A stretch of DNA of 63,921 nucleotides, the filler included, from Octopus bimaculoides (Eukaryota), in the NCBI RefSeq assembly GCF_001194135.2. It is 7 parts of 6 records of this genome, joined end to end, with 100 filler letters (N's around TTAATTAATTAA, not from the genome) between each part and the next. Parts side by side here need not be neighbours in the genome. Positions count along the whole stretch, not along the records: positions 1 to 27,532 come from NC_068988.1; 6 more parts are not named here. One strand, 5' to 3'. The position numbers and the translations under genes are program-made. The notes below the pieces were generated by a model. It worked only from the letters and a program-made list of their open reading frames with translations, searched no databases and had not been told where the DNA came from. Of this stretch, positions 12,360 through 24,422 are shown piece after piece; position 1 is the stretch's first letter; each line of letters begins with the position of its first letter.

Positions 12360-12780
12360 ATGTATATATGCAGATTTGTATGTTTTGTTTTATGCGTGTA
12401 TTCTCACGCATATAGTTGCATATCTAGACATGCTCATATATATATTTAAATGATTAACTTCTGGAGAGTTTTACAAATCTTTACAGTTCCAGTAATGGAT
12501 TGGATCTATAGTCTTCGAATTAACTTCCTCCTTTCTAGTTTTGAGAAGCCTAATTTCTCAAGATTGGTATTTAGGCAGTGTGTTGCATATCCCAGTGCCC
12601 CAATAATTACAGGTATAAACCTGAACTTGTAATCTGAGCACATATGTATGCAAATGTGGTGTTTATGTATTTTACTGCTGTTAAAAGAGACAAAATTCAC
12701 ATTACCTCCTTGAAAGAACTTATTGAGCATCACTTGTTCAGAATCAAAGGAGGTATGGAGTAAGAAGACTAGTTTTCATT
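12360..12780 (-). mobile_element. Second, shorter 3' fragment of the same RLE LINE family
   Basis: YKFRFIPVIIGALGYATHCLNTNLEKLGF; shares the 3' UTR CATATCTAGACATGCTCATATATA with 10928-10965 and also ends in (CATA)n. Confidence 0.8.
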
Positions 12781-13290
12781 GGGATTAGCAACATTAATTC
12801 AACTGTAGGAATTAACAACAATATTTCTATTGTAGGATTAACAATATTATTTCACTTGTAATAACTAACAACATTATTTCTACTGTAGGATTAAACACAT
12901 TATATCTACTGTGAAACTAAGAACATTATATCTGCTGCGAGATTAACAACATTATTTCCACTGTGGTATTAACATTATTTCCATTGTGGTACTGACAATA
13001 TTATTTCTAATAATATATCTACTGTGAAATTAACAACATTATTAGTATTGTAGGATTAACATTATTTCTACCGTGGGATTAACAACATTGTTAATATGGT
13101 GGGATTAACATTATTGTTAATATGGTGGGATTAACATTATTTCTACCGTGGGNNNNNNNNNNGTTAATATGGTGGGATTAACATTATTGTTAATATGGTG
13201 GGATTAACATTATTTCTACCGTGGGATTAACAACATTGTTAATATGGTGGGATTAACATTATTTCTACTGTGATATTAACGACGCTATTT
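12780..13290. repeat. Degenerate ~22-27-bp minisatellite (ATTAACATTATTTCTACTGTGGG-like)
   Basis: About 20 imperfect units; near-identical units at 13030-13260. Confidence 0.8.
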
Positions 13291-13630
13291 CTGATGTGTT
13301 ATGTGCAACGTCATTCAATAAACTCGATGAAATTGCGTTTATGTTTTTGTTGATAAAAGGACAGTAGTAAATTATCCAGTCACTGATGTCTGTCCTTATT
13401 GCAATTTTTTACATCATTATCGCTTTGTCTCACAGACATTTTCCATTAACCTTCCATGTCTATTCCATTTTCTTCACATCCGTTTGTTATAGCTCAGTCT
13501 ATACAGGCGCCATCTTCTTTCCCGTATACTGCTTTAAATCTTTTTATTTGTTTATTTTCCACGTTTAAGTATTTCTCCTCGCTGACTTTGGTTTCTTTGT
13601 ATTCATAGTTTCCTGCATATAAGCTCCCCC

Positions 13631-13665
<35 letters not shown>

Positions 13666-14093
13666 CATAGGAGAGTGACTGATTAAACAAAGCTTTCGTA
13701 TCCTCCCTCTTCCGTGGCGACGACATTTTTGGACAAGAAAAATCATTCTTGCATGAGCAGTAAAGCTGGGTGATGCATGAATAAGTCATTAATCTTGAAG
13801 TTTTCCTCGTGGGACTTTTTACAGCCTTTGACGTCAATTCTTGTTTACAGTTCTTTCACTTGTAGTTTTTTTTCTTCTTTCCTGGGCTAACCCCCTTCCT
13901 TTTCCGACTCCTCCGCTTCCTATTCCTCTTATTCCCCATCTTCTTCCCACTCCTCCTTCTTCACCCTTACCACTTTCATTTCCACCGTTACTATTTCTTT
14001 ACTACCGATACCACCACCACCATCACCACCACCACCATCATTACTATTATCATCACTACGACCATTGTTCACCACTACTACTACTACCCTATT

Positions 14094-14310
14094 CGTTTCT
14101 ACTCCAGGCACAAGGCCCGAAATTTGGGGGGAGAGGAGGGGTAGCTGATTAGATCGACCTCAGTACGCAACTGGTATTTACTTTATCGACCTCGAACGGA
14201 TGAAAGATAAAGTCGACCTCGGCGGAATTTGAACTCAGAATGTAAAGATAGACAAAATACCGCTAAGCATTTCGCCCGGCGTGCTAACGTTTCTGCCAGC
14301 TCACCACCTT
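14094..14310 (-). mobile_element. SINE (GGCGAGCTGGCAGAA..GAGTTCAAATTCC family)
   Basis: Reverse complement contains the A-box-like TGGCAGAAACGTTAG and B-box GAGTTCAAATTCC; about 80% identical to 14772-14982. Confidence 0.8.
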
Positions 14311-14771
14311 ACTACCACTCCCCTATTACCACAACTACTACCATAATCGTTACTACCCACATACCTGCAGCCATCAACAGCAACAACACCATCACAACTT
14401 AACCACTACCATCTCCACACCAGCCACTACCTCCATCACCAAAAACTCCACCACCACTATCATCATCACAAATTCTACTATCAGCAACAATACCTCTACT
14501 ACANNNNNNNNNNNNNNNNNNNNNNNNNNNNNNNNNNNNNNNNNNNNNNNNNNNNNNNNNNNNNNNNNNNNNNNNNNNNNNNNNNNNNNNNNNNNNNNNN
14601 NNNNNNNNNNNNNNNNNNNNNNNNNNNNNNNNNNNNNNNNNNNNNNNNNNNNNNNNNNNNNNNNNNNNNNNNNNNNNNNNNNNNNNNNNNACCACCACAA
14701 CCACCCCTATCACCATTTCTACAACTACCTTATCTTTCACAATCACTACCTCTATATATTACCAACATTAA

Positions 14772-14982
14772 GGCGGCGAGAAAGGTTAGCACGGCGGGCG
14801 AAATATTTAGCGGTATTTCGTCTCTCTTTATGTTCTGAGTTTAAATTCCGCTGAGGTCGACTTTGCCTTTCATCCTTTCTGAGTCGATAAATTAAGTACC
14901 AGATGCGATGCGTACTGGGGTCGAGCTAATCGACTGGCCTCCTCCTCCAAAATTTCCGGCCTTGTGCCTAGAGCAGAAAAGT
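14772..14982 (+). mobile_element. SINE, same family, opposite orientation
   Basis: GGCGGCGAG..GTTAGCAC..GAGTTTAAATTCCGCTGAGGTCGAC..GGCCTTGTGCC. Confidence 0.8.
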
Positions 14983-15004
14983 CCACCATATATATACACA
15001 CACA

Positions 15005-15115
15005 TACGACGGGCTTCTTTTAGTTTTCGTCTACCAAATCCACTCAGAGGGCTTTGGTCGGACCTCGGCTATAGTAGAAGACAAGGTACCACACAGTGGG
15101 ACTGAACCCAGAACC
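15005..15115 (-). mobile_element. SINE fragment
   Basis: Reverse complement GGTTCTGGGTTCAGTCCCACTG..GGATTTGGTAGACG.AAACT.AAAGAAGCCCGTCGTA, shared with 30770-30817 and 59505-59600. Confidence 0.65.
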
Positions 15116-15119
15116 TGCG

Positions 15120-15720
15120 CCTATACTAAACTATATTATACTGTACCATACTATATTATGCTACTCTATAGTACACTATAGTGTACCAAAGTACACAACA
15201 CTATACTGTGCAATGCTCTATTGCACTGTACAATATTTCACTATACTATGATAATCTATGCTATACTGTACTATACTACATTACGCTATTGTTGTATGAT
15301 ACTACACTATATTATACGATACTATGTTATGCTTTATTCTCTTATACAATTCTAAACAATACTATTATACCGTATGCTATGCTGTACTATGTTATACTAA
15401 ACTTTACAATGCCATACTCTCTTATACTCTCTTAAATTATAATATACTATATTGTTTTATACTAAATTAAACAATGCTGTGCTATAAGAAACTATACTGC
15501 AATATGCTATTCTATACTATGCTAGATTATACAAATTATACTAATTACAATTAGTATAATTTCATAATTAGTGAACTGAACTATACAATTCTATGCTATA
15601 CTACCACATGCAATTCTATTTTTCTATTTTTTCTGCAGCATACAAGTCTATTATACTATACTGTGCTATACTATACTATATAACATTACATCACACTACG
15701 ATATATAAGGCTACGTTACA
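15120..15720. repeat. Degenerate (CTATA)n pentanucleotide satellite
   Basis: Directly visible 5-bp periodicity. Confidence 0.75.
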
Positions 15721-16129
15721 TACATCGAAGCGACGATAGAGTCTATGCGTAATTGTTCCAATTGTTGGAAATAGCAGCCATATATTCTCAAATCACAACC
15801 TGCACCATAAACTAAGAAACGACGTATTAAACAATGTAGTTCTGCATAAGCAAAGAATACATGATGGTCTCAGGTGGAATATTTTTGATCATTGCTACGC
15901 TTGATCAGAACTGTCCAAGGGCTAAACACCAATAATTTGCAATACACTGCAATAAACCACGTTACAATGCATAGAAACACTGTCAAAATATAACCGCTTA
16001 CAGAATGGTGGGAGGAAGGAAAGAAGACTTGAGACTAGTTTGCTATGGAGAATGTGCCTGAAGAAAGGTACACCCAATTTGTCAAACACCAAACAAGAAG
16101 AAACTCTTGAAAGAATTTCCACAGGTTCT

Positions 16130-16560
16130 GTCTACCAGCATTCACCCACAAGACGTTCGTCGGCATGAGACTTTGGTTGAAGGAAATGTTTTTCCTAAAT
16201 TACCTAGTGTATGTCCATCACAGTCGTAAGGTATGTCCGAACCAACGTCACGATATAAGCAAATATCGTGGGTTAGAAACTTAGATCTCAAAGTATATAA
16301 TATATAGAGACCCACAAGATCACAGATATTTGCACTGTCATATGATTCCATCGATACCTCAGACAACTCATCTGTTTCGGGTTTTTTAACCCATGCAGAG
16401 CCCTTATTGGATAGGATGGTTTTTCGCACATGCTTGATTAAGTCCAGGTCTATATGGCCAATATTGACAATCTTTTTGCGAACCCAATCACTTTATCCAG
16501 CAATGATCAGGATATCGAAGAATAAAAATCTACGATAAAAAACTGTATAAGTCTAGTTCA
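16130..16560 (-). mobile_element. Penelope-like reverse transcriptase fragment
   Basis: RKTILSNKGSAWVKK..SMESYDSANICDLVGLYILYTL..CLYRD matches the PLE RT MGxYDxAExCELVGLY..GLYRDD pattern. Confidence 0.8.
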
Positions 16561-16893
16561 ATGCTTAATGTATATACGTATATGCGTATATGTGTGTCTA
16601 TGTGCACGTGCATATAGATGTGTGCTTATAAATATTCAAAGAGAATGGAGGACTGGGTGTTATATGCGCACCTACAGTTTTCCTTAAATTATCATGATCA
16701 AGCCATGTTACGACAATATAGTTCCAATTCCGACAGAAACACAAGACACAAATTTAGAAAATTTCGCTAATAAAATTTTTGATATAAAAAATACTAATCT
16801 ACCAATTAATGAATCTTATGTGATTCTGCATATCTCCAAAGACGAGTGAATAATCTGCATATATTTTACAACCAGGTGCGTTTGAATTTAATC

Positions 16894-16972
<79 letters not shown>

Positions 16973-17305
16973 CACATACACACATGCACACACACACGCG
17001 CGCGCACACACACACACACGCACNNNNNNNNNNNNNNNNNNNNNNNNNNNNNNNNNNNNNNNNNNNNNNNNNNNNNNNNNNNNNNNNNNNNNNNNNNNNN
17101 NNNNNNNNNNNNNNNNNNNNNNNNNNNNNNNNNNNNNNNNNNNNNNNNNNNNNNNNNNNNNNNNNNTTTTATTAAGATTTTTAAGTAATGCAAACAATGT
17201 TTTGTTTTCGTTCGTATTATTTTTTACCCCATCCCAACGTCTGTAGGCAAATAGAGAGGATGATAAATAAGAGATAACATTAGCTTATGCATACTGAAAT
17301 ACGAG

Positions 17306-17351
<46 letters not shown>

Positions 17352-17354
<3 letters not shown>

Positions 17355-17545
17355 CCACCCACCTCCCCATTGCTTGACAACCGATGCTGGTGTGTTTACG
17401 TTCCCGTCACATAGCGGTACAGCAAAAAGACCGATAAAATAAGTACTAGGCTTACAAAGAATAAGTCATGAAGTCGATTTGTTCGACTCAAAGGCGGTGC
17501 TCCAGCATGGTCGCAGTCAAATGACTGAAACAAGTAGAAGCATAA
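17352..17545 (+). mobile_element. SINE body and 3' end following (GT)n
   Basis: CCCCATTGCTTGACAACCGATGCTGGTGTGTTTACG..GCTCCAGCATGG.CGCAGTCAAATGACTGAAACAAGTA; homologues at 26153, 42040 and 59630. Confidence 0.75.
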
Positions 17546-17599
17546 AAGAATAATAAGTGTGTTCAGAAATTCAACATGGTAATGAACAACCTGATCTTG

Positions 17600-17870
17600 G
17601 TCAACTCTTGTCAATTAATCGAAAAGTCACTTCTGATGTATCTGTTAACTTTTGAAGAAGTTCATGATTGAGTTTATCAACCACTTCATTAGTTGGAGCC
17701 AGTATAGCTCTTTCACATAGCCAATCTACATCTGTGTAATTGACAGATAAATTAGGAAATACTTTATCCATAAGATCCTTAAAAGAAAGTATCATTTGAC
17801 TCCATGTAATTTCATGTAGCGGAATAAATGAATACGGGTTTAAACTAGCAGAGGAAAAGTGTGAATTTTT
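17600..17870 (-). mobile_element. Helitron PIF1-like helicase fragment
   Basis: LMDKVFPNLSVNYTDVDWLCERAILAPTNEVVDKLN matches the conserved Helitron helicase ERAILAPxN motif. Confidence 0.8.
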
Positions 17871-17874
17871 AATG

Positions 17875-19800
17875 AGAAACATCCAACATTTAGATCAAGT
17901 AATTGACGAAAGGGGGAGAAGACCAGACCCATCAAAGGCGACGGCAATACGGAATGTGCCTTTCCCATGAACGTCAAATTGTTACAAGCATTTTTAGACT
18001 TGATAAACTACCATCAAGTATATATACCGAACATACACAACACAAGGGTTCCACTAAACGAGCTGTTAAATAAAAGATGCCAAATGGTTTTGGCCAAGAA
18101 AAATGTCAGAAGGCATTTGAGGAACTAAAAAGCATGTTAATTTCAGACTTGTCATTTATTTCGATCCGAAGTTGGAAACGATACTGGCAACAGATGCTAG
18201 TGAGTACGGAGTACGTGCCGTACTCCTACACAAATGTGAAGATGGCCGAAAAGCGATAGTTCACTCGTCAAGGACGCTATTGACAACGGAAAAAAATTAT
18301 AGCCAAATTGGCGATTATATTTGGCATAAAAATGTTCCACAGGTTTATACATGATAGGCGGTTTCGACTACAAACAGACCATCGCCCGTTGCTAACGATT
18401 TATGAAACCAAGAAAGGAATCCCAGTATATATAGCAAACAGGTTGCTGCGATGGGGCACCACACTACTAAATTATGACTACGCAATGGAATATTTACCTT
18501 CGTAAAAGCTAGGACATGCTGACGGCCTATCCAGGTTAATGCCCAGAAATAGCGAACCATTTGGCGACACAGTAAAAGTAGATCTAAGAGCCGAAGGGAA
18601 AGTTAAACGCATAATGTAGAACATTGTACAAGAGTTATCAATAACTCTAGAGAAGATAAAGCGACACGCGTCAGAAAAAAAAAAATTCTCAGTGGTTAGC
18701 TGTCCGGTAGGAAAAAACAGTAACAGGTAAACATATATTCAACATGCGACGCATACTGATGTATTGCCAAAGGGTAGTGATACCTGAGACTTCACAAAAA
18801 AGAATGTTGAAAGAATTCCATTTTGGACATCCCAAGGATGAAAGCGCTTATGTGTAGTTATGTGTATTGGCCGAAGATGGACAAAGCAGTTGAAAACGTA
18901 GTAAAAGGCTGCAGGGGATGTGCTCTAGCAGCGAAATTGCCTAGTCAAAAATGGGAGCCATGGCCAGAAGTAAAAAGTCCATGGTCAAAACTACATGTCG
19001 ATTTTGCGGGTCCGTTAAATGGTTATTACTATTTAGTAGTAGTTGTCAGTTTTGCAAAATGACCGGAAATTGTTAAGTGCAAAAGACCAACCTCCAAAAC
19101 GGTAATAAATTTTTTGCTCGAAGTATTCGCAAGATTTGGCATCCCAAGCGTGATTGTATCTGATAATGGAACACAGTTTGTGTCCAGTGAACTTAGAAAA
19201 TTTTGCGAAATATTCATGGTAGAACATAAAATGAAAGCGCCTTGCCATCCCAGATCAAATGGACAAGCAGAGCGTTTTGTGGACATTTTAAAAAGAGCTT
19301 TGAGAAAAGCAAACAAGGAATTCACAGACGAAGTTGCTCTGCAGCAATTCTGAAGGATATACAGGGTGACACTGAACACCAATACACCAGCAGGAAGCTC
19401 ACCAGCAGAACTGATGTTCGCGAGGAGGGTGAAATCAATTTTTGATAAACTGTTACCTGGCGAGGAAAGAAAATGTACTAGGAAAGACAATCCAGAATAT
19501 TTCAAAATTGGTGATGAGGTGTACATGAGGTCATATAAGAACGGAAGGCAGTACTGGGAAGAAGGCAAACTTACAAAGTACATAGGAAAAATGATGTACG
19601 GAATTAGAAGCAGAAAAGGTATAGAATAAAGACACAGAAACCAATTGAGGAAGTGATTCATAGAAAACGAACCAGACTGATTAGAAGAACCTATGGAATG
19701 GCCGTACGACACATTCCAGATACCAACACCGTTACAAGTGGTTGAACCTACGCGTACAAGTGGAAGACAAAGGAAGAACACAGAGTTCCTGCAAATAGGC
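17875..19800 (+). mobile_element. Gypsy/Ty3 LTR retrotransposon pol remnant (RT end, RNase H, integrase), with stops and frameshifts
   Basis: ILATDASEYGV and NYSQI..AIIFGIK.FH..TDHRPL (RNase H); H..G..RMKAL..YVYWP..C..C (integrase Zn finger); LHVDFAGP, SDNGTQF, HPRSNGQAERFV (DDE core); RT-RH-INT order is Gypsy. Confidence 0.95.
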
Positions 19801-19857
19801 GCCAAAAAGAAAAAAAAATATTAAGTTTGGGAAAAAACGCTAAAACGGGAGGAGGGG

Positions 19858-20183
19858 TGAATAAAGGAAAATAGAAATACTTGCTTCCCAAAGAAAAAGA
19901 GTAACAGGTGAGATGTTGTAGTGAAAATGGTACTCCCCTTCCCACGTGACAAAGTGGTATGACTCAGTCACTATAAAGTCAGACAGTCAGTCGTTGTAGG
20001 GAGACAGTAACAGCAGAGTCGTACGAGTTCTCAGTTAGAGTCAGTGTTAGTTACGTGATATATACGAGTTCGAGTTACCCTCAAGGTAGACGTTACAAAA
20101 GTCGTTGTCTTGTGGAGCTATCAGCTATAGCACGATAAACGAGTCAAAAATAATAAGACGCTGAATACCGCTGCAACATAACA
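19858..20183 (+). mobile_element. Probable LTR of the Gypsy element (start 19858 or 19914)
   Basis: PPT-like GGGAGGAGGGG at 19847-19857; TGTTGTA at 19914; ends ..TAACA at 20183; followed by PBS-like TGGTGACAAG. Confidence 0.55.
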
Positions 20184-20272
20184 GTGGTGACAAGAATATT
20201 ATTACAGTGCCGATAATAACATACAAGTGGACGAGAATCCACATTATAACAGATATAAAATTTATTAATGAG

Positions 20273-20567
20273 GGTAGAAATTGATATTAATCAATTAAAA
20301 CCAGTGGTCTAGCATATTAAAAAAAATCCGAAGATTAAAATTATGTTACATACAAAAATAAGAGGAATGACCAGCAAAAGTGGACTCCTATATGCTAGAA
20401 ATAGATGCCGAATCATCTAACCACGAAAACAAAAATATGTTCTCAGTATATAGGAGTCCACTTTTGCTGGTCATTCCTCTTATTTTTGTATGTAACATAA
20501 TTTTAATCTTCGGATTTTTTTAATATGCTAGACCACTGGTTTTAATTGATTAATATCAATTTCTACC
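20273..20567. repeat. Near-perfect inverted repeat, ~120-bp arms, 54-bp spacer
   Basis: 20273-20393 vs 20448-20567 differ only by one A in a homopolymer run; the right arm runs into an N-gap. Confidence 0.95.
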
Positions 20568-21374
20568 NNNNNNNNNNNNNNNNNNNNNNNNNNNNNNNNN
20601 NNNNNNNNNNNNNNNNNNNNNNNNNNNNNNNNNNNNNNNNNNNNNNNNNNNNNNNNNNNNNNNNNNNNNNNNNNNNNNNNNNNNNNNNNNNNNNNNNNNN
20701 NNNNNNNNNNNNNNNNNNNNNNNNNNNNNNNNNNNNNNNNNNNNNNNNNNNNNNNNNNNNNNNNNNNNNNNNNNNNNNNNNNNNNNNNNNNNNNNNNNNN
20801 NNNNNNNNNNNNNNNNNNNNNNNNNNNNNNNNNNNNNNNNNNNNNNNNNNNNNNNNNNNNNNNNNNNNNNNNNNNNNNNNNNNNNNNNNNNNNNNNNNNN
20901 NNNNNNNNNNNNNNNNNNNNNNNNNNNNNNNNNNNNNNNNNNNNNNNNNNNNNNNNTATATATATATGTATATATATATATATACACATACATACAAAAT
21001 TTGAAATCATTTTATTAACTGCTGGGATCGTTGTTTTCGACAAGCTCCTTCCACTAAATTTCAGGCTTGTATGCGCCTATATTAGACGCAAATATTAAAG
21101 GCATTATATACACGTATACTTATATACATATACATACACATATACACATACACACACATATATGCATGCGAGTATGTGTACGCATGTGTGTGTGTGTGTG
21201 AGTTTATATTTTTGGCATTATCTCCGTTGAAATTCGTTCAGTCGACATGGACTACTTTCAAATATAGTACTTCATACTTGATACAAATATAGAACTTTAT
21301 ACTGTGTGACTGTGTATATACATATATGTACCATCACGCCACCACCACTACTGTTATTAATATTCAACAGAGGG

Positions 21375-21880
21375 TGTCTCTGTGGGATTTTACAATCCAA
21401 CATGACTCCTTTATCGATGGTTGGAGACCGGATATTGTTTTGGCAGATTAAAAAAAGGAAAACAAGATCATAGATATTGCCATACCTGGGGATGCACGCC
21501 TAGGTGACAGAAAACTGGAAAAAGAGAGGAAAATACAGACTACTAAAAGACGAAATTGCAAGAATGTGGGGAATGAGGAGAGTAACTGTTATCCTAGTGG
21601 TTGTTAGGGCACTCGGAGCCCTAACAACCAAGTTCGAGGAAAATGTCGGAGACGTTGGAATTGATATGAAAACAGAGCAGACTCAAAAAGCCTCTCTCTT
21701 GGGGACGGTTAGGATTTTGAGATTAGTGCTTGGGTGTTGAGTGTCTTCCACAATATGTTAACATCCAGGTACCAAAGCTTATAGTGCGAGATCGCTGACA
21801 GTAAGTTTCTGTCCGCTCTCACAGAATCAATCAGAGCAAATAAGACCGAGAGTTCTGAGAAGTAAAATAACAACAACAAC
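21375..21880 (+). mobile_element. RLE-type LINE 3' fragment
   Basis: WDFTIQ..RPDIVL..IIDIAIPGD..KYRLLKDEIARMWGM..VVRALG..KASLLGTVRILRLVL; ends in (AAC/AAT)n. Confidence 0.85.
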
Positions 21881-22167
21881 AACAATAATAATCCTTTCCA
21901 TTATAGAGACCCCCCACCAAAAAAAAAGAAAAAATTGAGCTGAGGTAGAGGAGTGGAGTAAGTTGACTACATCGACCCCCAATACTCAACTTATTGATCC
22001 TGAAATGCCAAAAGTCTCAGATATCACTTATTTCTAGAAGCTTATGTTTTTGTGTGTTTAAGTCTTGCATAATATCATGTCTTTAACATGCACAGGCATA
22101 TATACATGAACAGGCACGCGCGCGAGCACACATTCAGACATACACACACACACACACACACACACTC

Positions 22168-22200
<33 letters not shown>

Positions 22201-22233
22201 CACACACAGACACACACACACACNNNNNNNNNN

Positions 22234-22282
<49 letters not shown>

Positions 22283-22520
22283 ACGCACATTCAGAATCAC
22301 ACACTATACAATCTTGTGATATTAAATAGAGAACATGGCTTTCAACTTATCTTCAAAATATTTGTTCAAAAATAATAATAATAATAATAAAAGAAGTCAT
22401 TAAAATTAAATAGACCCATTTATCGTTGTGTTTGATATGTCAGAACATTTTAATATCTATTTTTAAAGTGCTTTAAATATAAATTTCACCATACTGTCTC
22501 GGCCAGCGTTAATGATAGTT

Positions 22521-22548
22521 TGACGTCATTTAAACGCGAGTGACGTCA
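22521..22548. promoter_or_regulatory. Two perfect CRE palindromes (TGACGTCA) 20 bp apart
   Basis: TGACGTCA at 22521-22528 and 22541-22548 in apparently non-repetitive sequence; half-sites near 22729 and 22754; function unproven. Confidence 0.4.
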
Positions 22549-23059
22549 TTGACACCGTTTCTAATCACTGCAATGTCATCAAAAGCAGGTCAGTGATTTA
22601 ATTACTGTTCAATCATTTACAGCCATTTTAATATCATCAAAAGAGAGAATCTTGTGTTTGCTTTGTTGTGCTTAAGCTTCTGGATGTTTTATTTTATTTT
22701 TTTTTATTTCCTGTTATAAATTCATTTTGTGACGTTGTATCTCCCCACACCAGCGTCAGCATAACTGAAATAACCATTATTTATTTATTCACGATTATTG
22801 CTAGACGAATCGATTAATTGATTGACTGTGTTCGGTCTGTAACCTGAGAAACTATTGAAACTCTCCACAGGCAGACCAGAGTAATTTTATATGGTCGCTT
22901 GATGTGACATAAATCGCAGCCAAATTCTTCTTCATATCACATTTTATCATCTTAAGACAGTTTACATAATAAGTGCTTAGGTACATTACGACTTGTAAGA
23001 ATGACGAGATTGTCACATCAACAATATCAACATTACCAACTAGTTAGTTCGTCCGTCGT

Positions 23060-23300
23060 TGTCGACGATGACTACGAGTATCACATTGAAGAAGACGGGG
23101 CACGGTGTGTCCGGCTGTGGCCAATCATTCCGAATCGTGTTCGGAAGGCCCTGCTGCAGGTCGAGAATTGGTGATCTTTTGGGACTGAAGGCAAAGAGTT
23201 AGTTCTGGACTTGCGTAGTTCGCGTTTCTTTGTGCTCCTTCAATCTTGTTCCTTTCGTAGGAGGTGACACTTCTGTTGGTGCAGCTTCATCATGCAGGGT
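23060..23300 (-). mobile_element. RTE LINE extreme 3' fragment
   Basis: KKRELRKSR..HQFSTCSRAFRTRFGMIGHSRTH resembles the RTE C-terminal C2H2 motif. Confidence 0.7.
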
Positions 23301-23669
23301 GGTTTTTTGAGACATCATCAAATACTACATCGACAGCATCAACAATATCAAAAGCAACACCATCAACAACAACATAGATATCAAATACCACGATCCAAGG
23401 ACGGAACTCGAAACGGTTGCTGAACGTTTTGGAAATAGCGGCCAAATTTCCCTCACATTATACAATATCGCCTTGAAAACAGACGGAAGATAAATTGCAT
23501 AACGAAGACCCCTAAATATTGTCTGCGAAAAAAAGTGGTGGACATGTCTGAATGAAATTTTAACAATATACAACTGAGCTGAGGTTATACAACAACAACA
23601 GCAGCATCCTCATCAGCAGCAGCAACAACGACAACAACAAGAACAATTAGAACAACAAAAATAACAACA

Positions 23670-23715
<46 letters not shown>

Positions 23716-24088
23716 ACCTTAACTTGTTAAACTAGATATTTTTTTTTAAATGTTATTTAAATTTGTTTTTAAATATCCGAATAAATTTTACATATTTGTT
23801 TGTTTGGAACCCAGCATGTATTCTGAATGAACCTCGGATTATACACAACTCAAAGTAAGTTACAGCCACAGCCACAACCACACACGCTTCACCTATCCAC
23901 AAATACACACATCTACACTGACACATATAGACATAAACAAATTAAATGCAACAGAAATTCACACACACACACACACACACATACACACACACGCATGCAC
24001 GCACCCCCACGCACACACTCACACACACATAAGTATATATGCTGTTACTAGCAGCCGTAATAGTTGCTTTTTACCCAAATGTTTGGAG

Positions 24089-24422
24089 CAGCGGTTTTCA
24101 ACCGGTATCCATATGACCCCGGGTGGTCCTTATAAGACTTATATGGAATCCACGCAAGGAAAATAAAAGACTAGGGATCCACAGTAGTATATTAAGGGTC
24201 CATGAAAAAGATTTGATTTAGATGTATATATTGCAAGAAAAAGCTAAATTTCTTTCTCAGACGTTTTACATAGTTCAATCTACACAAGTTAACTTGTAAA
24301 AATTAATTTTGTATGAAGTATCTATAAAACTAGTTTTTAAACATCGAATAGCTCTGGGGTCCACCAGGATAAAGCTGGAAACAAACTGGTCCATAATTTA
24401 AAAAAATAGTTGAGAATCACTG
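24089..24422. mobile_element. hAT (Charlie-like) MITE, 334 bp
   Basis: TIR CAGCGGTTTTCAAC / GTTGAGAATCACTG; perfect 8-bp TSD GTTTGGAG at 24081-24088 and 24423-24430. Confidence 0.9.

Noticed and set aside
13829-13836. Single TGACGTCA
   Set aside because: One isolated 8-mer is expected by chance in a window of this size.
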